This document shows, in pieces, positions 44,497 to 54,700 of a stretch of DNA of 64,000 nt. The number at the start of each line of letters is the position of its first letter. Positions within the stretch are counted from its first letter, which is position 1. This stretch comes from Patescibacteria group bacterium (GTDB taxonomy: Bacteria > Patescibacteriota > Patescibacteriia > Patescibacteriales > WJLG01). Below the pieces are notes generated by a model. That model did no database searches. It worked only from the letters and a program-made list of their open reading frames with translations, and had not been told where the DNA came from. The position numbers and the translations under genes were made by a program. The stretch spans positions 6,656 through 70,655 of the forward strand of contig JAQTUZ010000004.1 in the NCBI GenBank assembly GCA_028707065.1, read 5' to 3'.

Positions 44497-47400
44497 ATGA
44501 TTTTTATGGCTACTTCTAAATCAATCGAAGAATTGATCAAGTCTTCCCGGGGTGAACCAATGGCTGATGAGTCAGCCGAAGCTAAATTCGCCAAAAAAGA
44601 AGAGGAGATAAAGATCAAGGAAATGGAACGCCAGACCGGCGAGCGGGCCGCCGCCGCGGGGTTGCCTTACATTGATCTTTTCGGTTTTCCCATCAGTCCG
44701 GAGGCGATCGCGCTGATTCCCGAGGCTGACGCGGCCAGATTGAAAATCGTTTGTTTTTTTTATGACGGCAATAACGCCCGGATCGCGGTGATGGATCCGT
44801 CCTTGCCGGAAATCGGACCGATCGCCGAAGCGATCGCCCATGATTACCACGTCAAAGTGGCGTTTTATATGATCTCCTCGCACAGTTTTGACTATGCCTT
44901 GAAAATATACCAGACACTCCCCAAGATCATCCGCCAGACCAGAGGAGTTGATATTACCGAAGAAGAATTGGAAAAATTCAAAACTTATATCGAAGACTAT
45001 CGGAGCTTGGCGCAAAAGATCAACGAGGTCAACACCACCGATGTCATCACCCTGATTTTGGCTACCGCTTTAAAGATGGATTCAAGCGATCTGCACATCG
45101 AGGCGGAAGAAAAAGGCATCGCCGTCCGAGTCCGCGTCGACGGCGTTTTGTACGAGGCGGCAATGATCGAAAAAGAAAAATGGAAGCAGATCATTTCCCG
45201 CTTGAAACTTTTAGCCAAGGTCAAGATCAACATCACCGATAAGCCGCAGGACGGGCGCTTCACTATTTTTTTAACCAAGGAAAAAATCGAAGTCAGGGTT
45301 TCCTTTCTGCCCACCAATTACGGCGAGAGTGTGGTCGTTCGCTTATTGCGGCCGGGTTCGATAAGTTTGGGTTTTGAAAAATTGGGTTTGCGCCCCAAGG
45401 CCTGGGAAATTTTGGAACGGGAGATCAATAAGCCGAACGGCTTGGTCCTTGCCACCGGTCCGACCGGTTCGGGAAAAACCACCACGCTGTACGCGATTTT
45501 GCGGAAGATCAACAAGCCGGGAATGAAAATAATCACCTTGGAAGACCCGATCGAATATCAGCTGGAAGGGATCAACCAAAGCCAGATTGATCCTTCCAAA
45601 GGTTATACTTTCGCGAGCGGCCTAAGGTCGATCTTGCGCCAGGACCCGGACGTGATCATGGTCGGCGAGATCCGCGATCTGGAAACGGGGGAAACGGCGA
45701 TCCAGGCCGCGCTGACCGGCCATCTGGTTTTAAGCACTTTGCATACCAACGACGCCGCCGGCGTACTGCCCCGTTTGATCGATCTGGGCGTCAAGCCGTA
45801 TTTTATGACGCCGTCGATCAACTGCATTGTCGGCCAGCGTTTGGTCAGGCACCTTTGCCCCCAATGCCGGGTTGAGCATATTCTTAATGAAGAAGAAAAA
45901 CAAAAACTGGAAAAAATACTCGCGGTGGTTTCGCCTAAATCCGGAGAAGACGTGCCCACGGTCTTGCCGAAAATTTATCAGGCCGGCGCCGGCTGCAAAG
46001 CTTGCAATGGCATCGGCTATAAAGGCCGTCTCGGCATTTACGAACTTTTTACCATGACCGAGAGCATCAAAGAATTGGCGACGCAAAACGCTCCGGCGTT
46101 CAAATTGCTGGAGCAGGCGATCGAGGATGGCATGCTGACCATGCTGCAGGATGGCGTGTTTAAAGTTATGGACGGACTGACTTCCTTGGATGAAGTTTAT
46201 CGCGTCATCGGCAAAACCGATTATGTCGACGCCTTGTATGATATCGTCATCTCCAAAACTTTCGGCCATGGCATCAAAGTCACCGAAGCGGATATTGCCC
46301 GCAGCGAAGAGATCGCGGCCGACCCGGCCACGATGAATGCCAAAGCCGGCCGCATTCCTTCCAGTGAACTTCTTAATCTGGTTATGGCTTTGGCTCTCAA
46401 AGATGATGCCGGTGATGTCCATATTGAACCGACCGAAGGCGACGTCAAGATCAGATTCAGGATTGACGGCATTTTGCATGATATCTTGACTTTGTCCAAA
46501 GAGCATTATTTGCCGCTTTTGTCGCAAGTGAAAATTTCCGCCGGCTTTCCGACCAATGTCAAAAAGGCTACCTGGGACGGGCGCTTCGGCATATTCTTGA
46601 AAGACAAGAAGATCGATTGCCGCATTTCCATCATTTCCGGCGGCTATGGCGAAACGGTCGTGGTCCGCGTTTTGTCTTCCCAGGCGGAAAGCTTGGATCT
46701 GGAAAAATTAGGCATGCGGCCTTACGCTTTGGATCCGGTCAAGCGCTCGATGTCCAAAACCAAGGGTGTGATCATCAATACCGGTCCGACCGGTTCGGGA
46801 AAAACTACCACGCTTTACGCTATTTTAAACGCCTTGAATAAATCAGACGTGAAAATTATTACTGTCGAAGATCCGATCGAGTATCATCTTCCCGGCGTGA
46901 TGCAGACCCAGATCGACCCGGAACAAGGCTATACTTTCGCCGCGGCCATGCGTTCGCTCTTGCGCCAGAATCCCAACATTATGATGATCGGCGAAATCCG
47001 CGACGAGGAAACGGCCAAGATCGCGATTGAAGCATCGCTCACCGGCCACTTGGTCTTATCAACCATCCACGCCAACACGGCCGCCACCGCCATTTCCCGT
47101 TTTGCCGGCTTGGGCGTGGGCGCGCAAATGCTGGCTTCGGCGGTCGAATGCACGATCGGCCAGCGCCTGGTCCGTAAAAATTGCCAATTCTGCAAAGCGG
47201 AAGTGAAATTATCCGACGAGCAAATGAAAGAAGTAAAAACGATCCTTGATTCCATCAGTCCGCTGGCAAAAATAAAAATCCCCAAAATTTTGAAGTTTTA
47301 TCAAGGGAAGGGCTGCGCCAAATGCAATAACTTGGGCTACAAAGGGCGCTTGGGTATTTATGAAACGATTGAGATGATCCCGGAAATGCAGCGCAAGATC

Positions 47401-47538
47401 CAGGAAACCAACGTGACCGCTTTTGATATCGAGCAAGAGGCGATCAAATACGGCACGGTGACGATGATGCAAGACGGCATTTTGAAAGCTTTGGACGGGG
47501 AGACGAGCGTGGAGGAAGTGTTCCGGGTGGTAAAATAA
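44497..47538 (+). CDS. tandem-duplicated GspE/PilB-family secretion ATPase (two complete ATPase modules in one polypeptide)
   Basis: MshEN-like N-domain, then module 1 (Walker A GPTGSGKTTT at nt 45457, VIMVGEIRD, GHLVLSTLHTNDA, CPQC…CKAC). A ~45-aa linker leads to module 2 (Walker A at nt 46783, IMMIGEIRD, GHLVLSTIHANTA, CQFC…CAKC). Confidence 0.85.
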   Translation: MIFMATSKSIEELIKSSRGEPMADESAEAKFAKKEEEIKIKEMERQTGERAAAAGLPYIDLFGFPISPEAIALIPEADAARLKIVCFFYDGNNARIAVMDPSLPEIGPIAEAIAHDYHVKVAFYMISSHSFDYALKIYQTLPKIIRQTRGVDITEEELEKFKTYIEDYRSLAQKINEVNTTDVITLILATALKMDSSDLHIEAEEKGIAVRVRVDGVLYEAAMIEKEKWKQIISRLKLLAKVKINITDKPQDGRFTIFLTKEKIEVRVSFLPTNYGESVVVRLLRPGSISLGFEKLGLRPKAWEILEREINKPNGLVLATGPTGSGKTTTLYAILRKINKPGMKIITLEDPIEYQLEGINQSQIDPSKGYTFASGLRSILRQDPDVIMVGEIRDLETGETAIQAALTGHLVLSTLHTNDAAGVLPRLIDLGVKPYFMTPSINCIVGQRLVRHLCPQCRVEHILNEEEKQKLEKILAVVSPKSGEDVPTVLPKIYQAGAGCKACNGIGYKGRLGIYELFTMTESIKELATQNAPAFKLLEQAIEDGMLTMLQDGVFKVMDGLTSLDEVYRVIGKTDYVDALYDIVISKTFGHGIKVTEADIARSEEIAADPATMNAKAGRIPSSELLNLVMALALKDDAGDVHIEPTEGDVKIRFRIDGILHDILTLSKEHYLPLLSQVKISAGFPTNVKKATWDGRFGIFLKDKKIDCRISIISGGYGETVVVRVLSSQAESLDLEKLGMRPYALDPVKRSMSKTKGVIINTGPTGSGKTTTLYAILNALNKSDVKIITVEDPIEYHLPGVMQTQIDPEQGYTFAAAMRSLLRQNPNIMMIGEIRDEETAKIAIEASLTGHLVLSTIHANTAATAISRFAGLGVGAQMLASAVECTIGQRLVRKNCQFCKAEVKLSDEQMKEVKTILDSISPLAKIKIPKILKFYQGKGCAKCNNLGYKGRLGIYETIEMIPEMQRKIQETNVTAFDIEQEAIKYGTVTMMQDGILKALDGETSVEEVFRVVK

Positions 47539-47653
47539 TTATTTAATTTTTGCAATTTTTAATTTTTAAATAATTTTTAAACAACTAATTTTTAAGGCTT
47601 AAAAATTAAGGCTTATTTAAAAATTACAAAATTAAAAATTTAAAAAACTGAAC

Positions 47654-48229
47654 ATGTTAAATAAGAAGTTCATCGAGAAGCTCAAGGGGGATTATCAAAA
47701 GTCGCAGTCGGAAAGACGGCAGATCATTTCTATTTCCAATGAAATCCTGCATGATTCGAAAAAGACGATTTTCGCCCTGCATCGCGGAGAAATAAAACAG
47801 GCCGAGGAAACTTTCAAAGCGATCGAGGAATCGCTGGCGCGGATGGAAAAGAATTTCGGCTTTAACCGCAACGAGGACGAGGGTTCTTATAAAGCGGCGG
47901 TTGAAGAATATGTCGAAGCCAAGATGTTTTATTATTATCTGTCCGGCCAAAAGATCGACAAAATTTCCGAAGTCAATCTGGATTATGACAGCTATATCGG
48001 CGGCATCTGCGATTTCACCGGCGAGATGGTCCGCTACGCCACTAACCAGGCGGCGGCGGGAAATTTCGAGAAAGTCGCGGAAGTGAAAGAAGCGATCAAT
48101 CTGGTGATCGGCGAACTGATCGATTTTGATCTGGGCGGCTATCTGCGGACCAAGTATGACCAGTGCCGGTCTAATTTAAGGAAGATCGAAGAAATGGCTT
48201 ATGAGGTGAAATTAAAAACTGGCAAATAA
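47654..48229 (+). CDS. translin-family protein
   Basis: …DYDSYIGGICDFTGEMVRYATNQAAAGNFE…LRTKYDQCRSNLRKIEEMAYEV matches the conserved translin C-terminal pattern (Y..G..D.tGE..R……LR.KyD…….E…Y). Confidence 0.65.
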   Translation: MLNKKFIEKLKGDYQKSQSERRQIISISNEILHDSKKTIFALHRGEIKQAEETFKAIEESLARMEKNFGFNRNEDEGSYKAAVEEYVEAKMFYYYLSGQKIDKISEVNLDYDSYIGGICDFTGEMVRYATNQAAAGNFEKVAEVKEAINLVIGELIDFDLGGYLRTKYDQCRSNLRKIEEMAYEVKLKTGK

Positions 48230-48246
48230 AGTTTGGAAAATAGCAA

Positions 48247-48276
48247 AAGCGCGGGTTGGACCCGCGTTTTTTGTTT
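48247..48276 (+). terminator. intrinsic terminator
   Basis: CGCGGGT-TGG-ACCCGCG followed by TTTTTTG. Confidence 0.85.
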
Positions 48277-48367
48277 TCAGTGACTGGTTGACTGGCAACT
48301 ATTATTTTGTTAAGCTGCAGGGTCGGTTAGTCCTTTGCGAAATAAACTTTAGCAGAAAGGAAGTTGC

Positions 48368-49573
48368 ATGAAAAAGGAAACGTCAGTCAATCTATACCAG
48401 GAATTGGGAGTTGATTCGGGAAAAAGAATCGTGCGTAAAGTCTTCAAGAGGCTCGTCCGGAATGAATTTCCCGGCGCGTTCTGCAATATCGTGGCTGATC
48501 CGATGGTGCCGGGCTGGGTGATGACCCAACATGGCGATGGCGATGGCAGCAAGATCGTGCCCCGGATAATCCATTATTTGGAAACCGGCAAGCCCGAAAT
48601 CATCAAGGGCTCGGTCGATGACGGGATGACGATGAATTACGCGGATGTGGCCGCGGCTGGTTTCGTCTATGGCTATTCGGTGATTACGGACACGATAAAT
48701 TTCGGTCTTCCGAAAAAACTGAAAGAAATCGTGATGACCCAGATGGCGGCGCGAATCGCCGAATTGATCGATTTCTACGCCAAGCATGGTATCAACTTGA
48801 TTTATTTTTTGGGCGGCGAAACGGCCGATCTGCCCAATCAGGTCTGTTCCGCCGTGTTTGATGTCACGGTCAATGCGCACATGCCCAGAGAAAAAGTCAT
48901 TGCCGGAAACGTCAAACCGGGTGATGTTATTTACGGTTTGGCCAGCGGCGGCAAAGCGCGGGGGGAAAAGGTGGAAAGTTCCTGGTTGATGTCGAACGGT
49001 TTGACCCTGGCATCTTCCTGCCTGCTGCACCGATCATATAACAAAAAACACCGCGATATCTTGCGCAATCCTTTTTGGTTCAAGGGTCGCTATCGGATCG
49101 GCGACGTTCCGGCTGGGCTGGGTTGCGAAGTGAACGAGGCGCTGCTGGCGCCAACCAGACAATGGGTGATCTTCATCCGTAAATTTCTGGATTATCTGGA
49201 TCATGAGGGCATTGGAAAAATGCTTCATGGTATCAGCGTTAACACCGGCGGCGGAGCCACGAAAATTCTTCATGTGGGCGAAGGCGGTATCCGCTACGTT
49301 AAAGAAATGCCGACCCCGGGGCCGATCTTCCAACTCATTCATGAGGAATCCGGCCAGAACTGGCGCAATATGTTCGAGACTTTCAATTGCGGAGTCGGGC
49401 TTGACGTTGTCGGCAAAGATGATCCGCGATTTCAACGGGCCATCAGCCAAGTAGCCGCGAACTGCGAAATCGAGCTTTATCGGCTCGGCCAATGCGAAGC
49501 CAAGGAAGGGGAGAATGACGTCATCTTGAAAACTCCTTATGGGACGTTCGACGACTATACGAAGAAGAAGTAA
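48368..49573 (+). CDS. purM: PurM-like (AIR synthase family) protein, divergent
   Basis: Matches to E. coli PurM blocks recalled from memory: GGETADLP (GGETAEMP), LLAPTRQWV (LLAPTRIYV), NTGGG (LTGGG), MFETFNCGVGL (MYRTFNCGVGM). The GTDGVGTK block is altered to HGDGDGSK. Confidence 0.65.
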   Translation: MKKETSVNLYQELGVDSGKRIVRKVFKRLVRNEFPGAFCNIVADPMVPGWVMTQHGDGDGSKIVPRIIHYLETGKPEIIKGSVDDGMTMNYADVAAAGFVYGYSVITDTINFGLPKKLKEIVMTQMAARIAELIDFYAKHGINLIYFLGGETADLPNQVCSAVFDVTVNAHMPREKVIAGNVKPGDVIYGLASGGKARGEKVESSWLMSNGLTLASSCLLHRSYNKKHRDILRNPFWFKGRYRIGDVPAGLGCEVNEALLAPTRQWVIFIRKFLDYLDHEGIGKMLHGISVNTGGGATKILHVGEGGIRYVKEMPTPGPIFQLIHEESGQNWRNMFETFNCGVGLDVVGKDDPRFQRAISQVAANCEIELYRLGQCEAKEGENDVILKTPYGTFDDYTKKK

Positions 49574-49594
49574 ACCAAAAGGACCAAGGGTAAG

Positions 49595-49625
49595 CGGGTA
49601 AGGCACAAGCCATACCCGTTTTTTT
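49595..49625 (+). terminator. intrinsic terminator
   Basis: CGGGTA-N12-TACCCG followed by TTTTTTT. Confidence 0.7.
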
Positions 49626-49652
49626 GTTGCCGAACAAGCAGTTTGTCTAAGC

Positions 49653-49685
49653 AAAAAAAATGAGGACCGTTTAAGAAAGGTCCTC
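49653..49685 (-). terminator. intrinsic terminator of the 115-aa gene
   Basis: On the minus strand: GAGGACC-N10-GGTCCTC followed by ATTTTTTTT. Confidence 0.75.
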
Positions 49686-49717
49686 GGCAACGCGAGCGTT
49701 GCGATGGTTTTGATGTT

Positions 49718-50065
49718 TCAGACAAAACGTTTTTTTCTGAATTCGGTAAAATACTTCCTGAACTCCCTTTGCTTATCATACCCCCGTAAATTCGGTTTCT
49801 GGTCCGGTTTGGGCCAGTTACTTTTTTCGATGTCCTTGCGGTCATCGGTTTTATTTTCCGGATTTTCCGGAATAGTTTGCGAAGCGGGGTTGGTGGAATC
49901 TTTGAGGTTGGGGGAATTTTGGGTGTTGGGGGCAGAGAGAGTATTTGTCGGTTGATAAGGAGCTTGTTTGGTTTGATTGGATTGAGCGTTGGTGATGAAA
50001 AAGAGAGCAGAGATGAAAAGGACGAGAAGAATGGGGGAGATTGGGATCGTTTTCATAGGTGCCAC
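49718..50065 (-). CDS. secreted/anchored low-complexity (Pro/Asn/Gln/Lys-rich) protein
   Basis: SD AAAGGTGG and N-terminal hydrophobic helix. No family recognised. Confidence 0.4.
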   Translation of the reverse strand: MAPMKTIPISPILLVLFISALFFITNAQSNQTKQAPYQPTNTLSAPNTQNSPNLKDSTNPASQTIPENPENKTDDRKDIEKSNWPKPDQKPNLRGYDKQREFRKYFTEFRKKRFV

Positions 50066-50333
50066 CTTTGTTTGGTGTGTTTTTGGTGTTGGTGAAGAAA
50101 AAATATTAGCCCTTGCGGGCGCCCGTCAGGGCTACTTTCTGCTTTGAAATTACCACCAAGCCGATTGTTTGTCAAGGGGCGGTTTTGGGCGTCTTTATAT
50201 CCCAAAAAGGCAAAAAAATAACCCTCCTTGATAGGGGGGGGCTGTTTGTTGAAATTTATAAAAAGATAATTTTTGGACAAATTGAAAGGGGACTGTTGAA
50301 TCAGTCCCCCTCGTGATCGTTTTTTGAGGTCAA

Positions 50334-50744
50334 TCACCAACCTATGACAACAGACGTCGTTGTCGTTTGTGCTTGCTGCGCGTTCTTGCTGGCGAGTTCT
50401 TCCAGCATCAGGCTCTGGATCCTTTCGTCGACGCTGATTTTTTTGCTATAAACCCATTCGTTAATGGTAACCAGATTGTTCGGAAAGAGCGTTTCGACTG
50501 AACTCCTGCTCATCCTGGGGAGGGGGGTGGATGCGATTCGCAAGTTCCTCGCCGCGATGTAATCGTCGCCGGCTTTTTCGATTGTCGCGATTTCGGCATC
50601 CGATATTTTGGGTGCCGGCAGCGTGCAGGTGTCCGTCATCGACGAGTACCCCACCTGGGACGTTGAATTTTCCTGGGCGCTGGCGCTGAAGGAAAGGGCG
50701 AGACTGGCGATGAGGGCGGCAACTGCGATTGTGATACGGAACAT
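50334..50744 (-). CDS. secreted hypothetical protein
   Basis: Signal peptide MFRITIAVAALIASLALSFSASAQE. A hairpin (GGGGACTG…CAGTCCCC) lies downstream. Confidence 0.5.
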   Translation of the reverse strand: MFRITIAVAALIASLALSFSASAQENSTSQVGYSSMTDTCTLPAPKISDAEIATIEKAGDDYIAARNLRIASTPLPRMSRSSVETLFPNNLVTINEWVYSKKISVDERIQSLMLEELASKNAQQAQTTTTSVVIGW

Positions 50745-51002
50745 GGCGTACTCCTTTGTGGATTGTGATGCCCTATTTTTGTAGGGCTGGTGTATGGGTT
50801 TGTTTAAATAACATTCTGTTTTATTCTCGATGACTATATCATAGCATAAATATAAAATTATGTCAAGAGTTTTGGCAAGAAAAAAGATGAAAAAATGGCA
50901 TTTATTATTTAAAATTAGCTAAGTAATTGTTAATGGCTGGCTAATATTAAATAAGAAACGTTATATCAATATTGTCAATTTTACTGGTTATTTAACATTA
51001 TA

Positions 51003-51074
51003 TTAGCGTCGCAGTCCGCGGCGGCTTGTCCCGAGTTTGCCGAGGGAAGACTGCGACGAGGCTAATATTTTTTT
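51003..51074 (+). promoter_or_regulatory. long terminator-like hairpin with T-run in the leader of the sigma-factor operon
   Basis: TTAGC-GTCGCAGTC…(32-nt loop)…GACTGCGAC-GA-GGCTAA followed by TATTTTTTT, ~60 nt before the preferred sigma-factor ATG. No upstream plus-strand gene is present for it to terminate. Confidence 0.45.
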
Positions 51075-51135
51075 AAAAAGAACAATCTCTGATATAATGA
51101 AGGTAATAAGTTACTCTCAGTTGCGTTATAACTTT

Positions 51136-51720
51136 ATGGCATCAACCGAAGCGTTTTTAGAAAATGAAGCCGAGCTCGTGGAAAAAGCCAAGGTCGATGA
51201 CCAGGCTTTTAGTATTCTTTACCAGCATTATTTTCCCAAGATTTACGGCTACGTGCAGAAGCGCGTCTCGGGCCGGGAAACGGCGGAAGATATTGTCTCG
51301 CAAGTTTTTTTAAAGGCTTTCGGCCATCGGCAAAAATATCAGAGCCGCGGTTTTAGTTTTGGCGCCTGGCTTTACCGCATCGCCACCAACGCCTTGACTG
51401 ATCATTATCGCCGCCAAGGCTCTCATCTCGAAGAAGCGATCACTGACGATTCGGCGCGCGAGCCGGCGGGCGAAAATTTAACCGAAGAATTGATCCAAAA
51501 AAGCGATCGGCAAGCGATCGAAAAAGTGCTTAACAAGATGCCCGAACGCTACCGGCAAGCCGTCTATCTGCGCTATTTCGCGGAAATGGAAATTTTCGAG
51601 ATCGCTGAAACTCTGCAGCTTCCCAAAACGCATGTTTCGGTGATCTTGCATCGCGCCCTGGATTGCTTCCGCCAAAAGGCGGACAAAGCCGGAATAAAAT
51701 TTTATCTGATAATTTTTTAA
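51136..51720 (+). CDS. sigma-70 family (ECF-type) RNA polymerase sigma factor
   Basis: Region 2 (FSILYQHYFPKIYGYVQKRV…AEDIVSQVFLKAF…WLYRIATNALTDHYRR) and region 4 (RYRQAVYLRYFAEMEIFEIAETLQLPKTHVSVILHRAL). The start could instead be 51097. Confidence 0.85.
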   Translation: MASTEAFLENEAELVEKAKVDDQAFSILYQHYFPKIYGYVQKRVSGRETAEDIVSQVFLKAFGHRQKYQSRGFSFGAWLYRIATNALTDHYRRQGSHLEEAITDDSAREPAGENLTEELIQKSDRQAIEKVLNKMPERYRQAVYLRYFAEMEIFEIAETLQLPKTHVSVILHRALDCFRQKADKAGIKFYLIIF

Positions 51721-51723
51721 TAT

Positions 51724-54700
51724 ATGGAACAAGAATTAAATCCAAACCAAGGCCAAGACCTGGCTGGGCGTAATAAAGAGGATGAGGCAGCGTTATTAAA
51801 GGCAGAGGAAAAAATTAAAAACCTCGCTTTTAAAGACGAACCCGCTACGCCGGATTTCCAGGAAAATTTGCAAAATCGGATTTTGGCGGCGCGCCATCGT
51901 CATTTTTCTATGTCCGAATTTTTAAACAAGCTCGCCAAAGGATTGATTTTTATGTTTGACACCAAGGCTTTTGTCCCGGCCGTGGCCGTTTTTTTGATCA
52001 TTGCCGTCGGCTTGAGCCTGACCATGCCCTGGCTGCCGCGGCAAGCGGGCGTTAATAATCCCTGGGGGAAGATCTCCCAATTGGTTATCAACCCGGCCTA
52101 CGCGCAGGATAATTTTTCCGCCGAGGCGACCATTTCCGACAGCTTGGGCGTTGGCGCCGATACGGCTTTTATCATTAAAAGCAAAGAGGCGATTGACGAG
52201 CAAACTCTGCGGGCGAACATAACTTTACAACCGACGACCGAATTTTCCTTAACCAAGATCGATGATCATACTTATCAAGTAATTCCGGCGCAAGCTTTGG
52301 CGGCCAAGAAAGTTTATAGCTTGAAGATCGCCAGCGCTTATGTCGATCAAAGCGGCGCCACCGTCGAGCGCGATTATTCCTGGGCCTTCCAGGTCAAAGA
52401 TATTTTTAAGGTTTTGAATTCGATCCCGGGCAATCAGGCCAATGGCGTGCCGTTGGATGCCGGAATTGAAGTGACTTTTTCCAACGAAAACTTCAGCAAT
52501 TACGAACAAGCGTTCAAGATCGAGCCGGCCATTGCCGGGCGTTTTGAGATTCACAAGCGCACTTTGGTTTTTGTGCCCAAAGCTTTGGAGGCGGGGATGA
52601 TCTATACCGTGACCATCAATAAAGATTTGCTGAAAGTTACGGGGAGCGAAGCCAAGCTCGCGGAAAATTATGTCATTCAATTTGAAACCGATCCGGCCGG
52701 AAAAAAACGCGGCGAGTATTCCGAATTCAATTTCCAAAATAATTTTAACGAGATCTATACCGAACGCGCGCCGGCGCTGGCTGTCAATCTATACAACATC
52801 AAACAGGAAACTTTTGCCGTCGAAGTTTACGCATTTTCCGGCGCGGACGGATTTATTGCCGCCCTGGAAAAGTCGCAAAAAATTCCCTATTGGGCGCAGT
52901 ACAATCGCGCTGTCTACAATACCGACGTTTCCGCCTTGACTAAAGTTTCCTCGTTTTCCATTCCTTTGTCGCCTTTTGGCTACAACAAATACTTGGTGTT
53001 TCCCGACAAGATCGCCAAGGGTTTTTATGTCGTTCAGGTCAATATCAACGGCGTTTATCTTCAGACATTTATGGAGGTTTCCGATTTGACCAATTATACG
53101 ACCGTGACTGATACCAATACTTTGGTTTGGCTCAACAATATCAAAACCAAAGGACCGGCGGCCGGGGCGAAGGTAAAAATTATCGGCACGGACAAGCAGA
53201 CGGTTACCGGAAGCGACGGAACGGCCGTGATGCCGACCAGCTGGCTGTCTGCCGGCACCACCAGCGACCGCACTTACTTGCTGATCGACGCGGGAGAAAA
53301 AACGATCGTGCCGATCAATTTCAATTATCAAAACACCGCGCCAACGGGCGTCATGCCTTTGAGCGCCGCTTCTAAATTCTGGTATTATTTTTATACCGAT
53401 CGGATGACTTACCAGCCGGGCGACACGGTCAGCTATTGGGGCTTTGTCAAACCACGGGAAGGAGTGAAAAGCTCTTCGACGGTCACGATCAAATTATTCG
53501 GCTGGCAAAGTTATTACGATTATTACAATGACCCGGTGCCGCTCTTGCAAACCGCGGCGCAGCTTGATCCTAACTTTACTTTTACCGGCAAGATCGATCT
53601 GGGGCGTTTATCCGCCGGGTATTATTATTTGGAATATTTTATCGGCGACCAGATGATCGGCAGCCGCGGTTTGAACATCGAGAACTATGTCAAACCGGCT
53701 TATAAAGTGGAGGCGAACGCCGACCAGCACGCGGTTTTTGCGGGGCAGACCCAGTCGATCGCGGTCAAGGCCAGCTTTTTCGAAGGCACGCCGGTTCCTA
53801 ATCTGGCTTTAACTGACCCGAACGATAACGGGCAATTAAAAACCAACGCTTTGGGCGAAGCGATCAAAACTTTTAAGGTCGATCCGGTTTCCGGCGACTA
53901 CGGCAGCAACTGCAATTATTTTTATCCGGTCGCGTCCGAGGAAGCCGATATTTCCGCCAGCGCTTGCTACACTGTTTTCAATTATAGCGTCGTCCCCAAG
54001 GGGGAACTGGTGAAAACGGACGGAGCCGATCAGGCGAAATTGCAATTAAACGTGAAAAAGGTGGATATCGCCAAAGCCAACGTGGTCGGGGCGACCGAAG
54101 ATCAATTCTTGCACGAAGCCGCTCCGGGCATGCCCGTAACCGTTTCGGTCACGGAAATTTCTTATCAGGCCGTTTCCACCGGACAGTATTATGATTTCTT
54201 CAATAAGATCGTGCGTAATACCTATCGCTACAATGAGATCAGAAATAATATCGCCTCGGCCAAGGGCAAAACCGATTCGGCCGGCCAATACCAGTATTCA
54301 TTTCCGATCAAGCCGAAAAACAGTTATGAAGTCAATGTCACGATCAAGGATGTTAACGGCCAGGATATCAATGAGCGATATTATATCTATTACAGCCAGT
54401 ATAATTTTGACGATCAAAGCGATTATTATAATTTGGGATTCAAAGATCAGAAGAAAACGGATTTTTCCTTGGGCGAACAGGTGCAGATCCAATATAAGAA
54501 TAAGGATCAGCTCTTGCCTGTTGCCCCCGGCCATTATCTTTTCTATCGCCTGTTCAAAGGATTGGTGGATTATCAGATCGGCGGCAGCGCGGAATATAAT
54601 TTCAATTTTACCGACCGCTTCTTGCCCGGCGTGTACGTGATGGGAGTTTATTTTGACGGTGAAACTTACCATCGGCCGGGAAGTTACGGTTATTGGGAGT

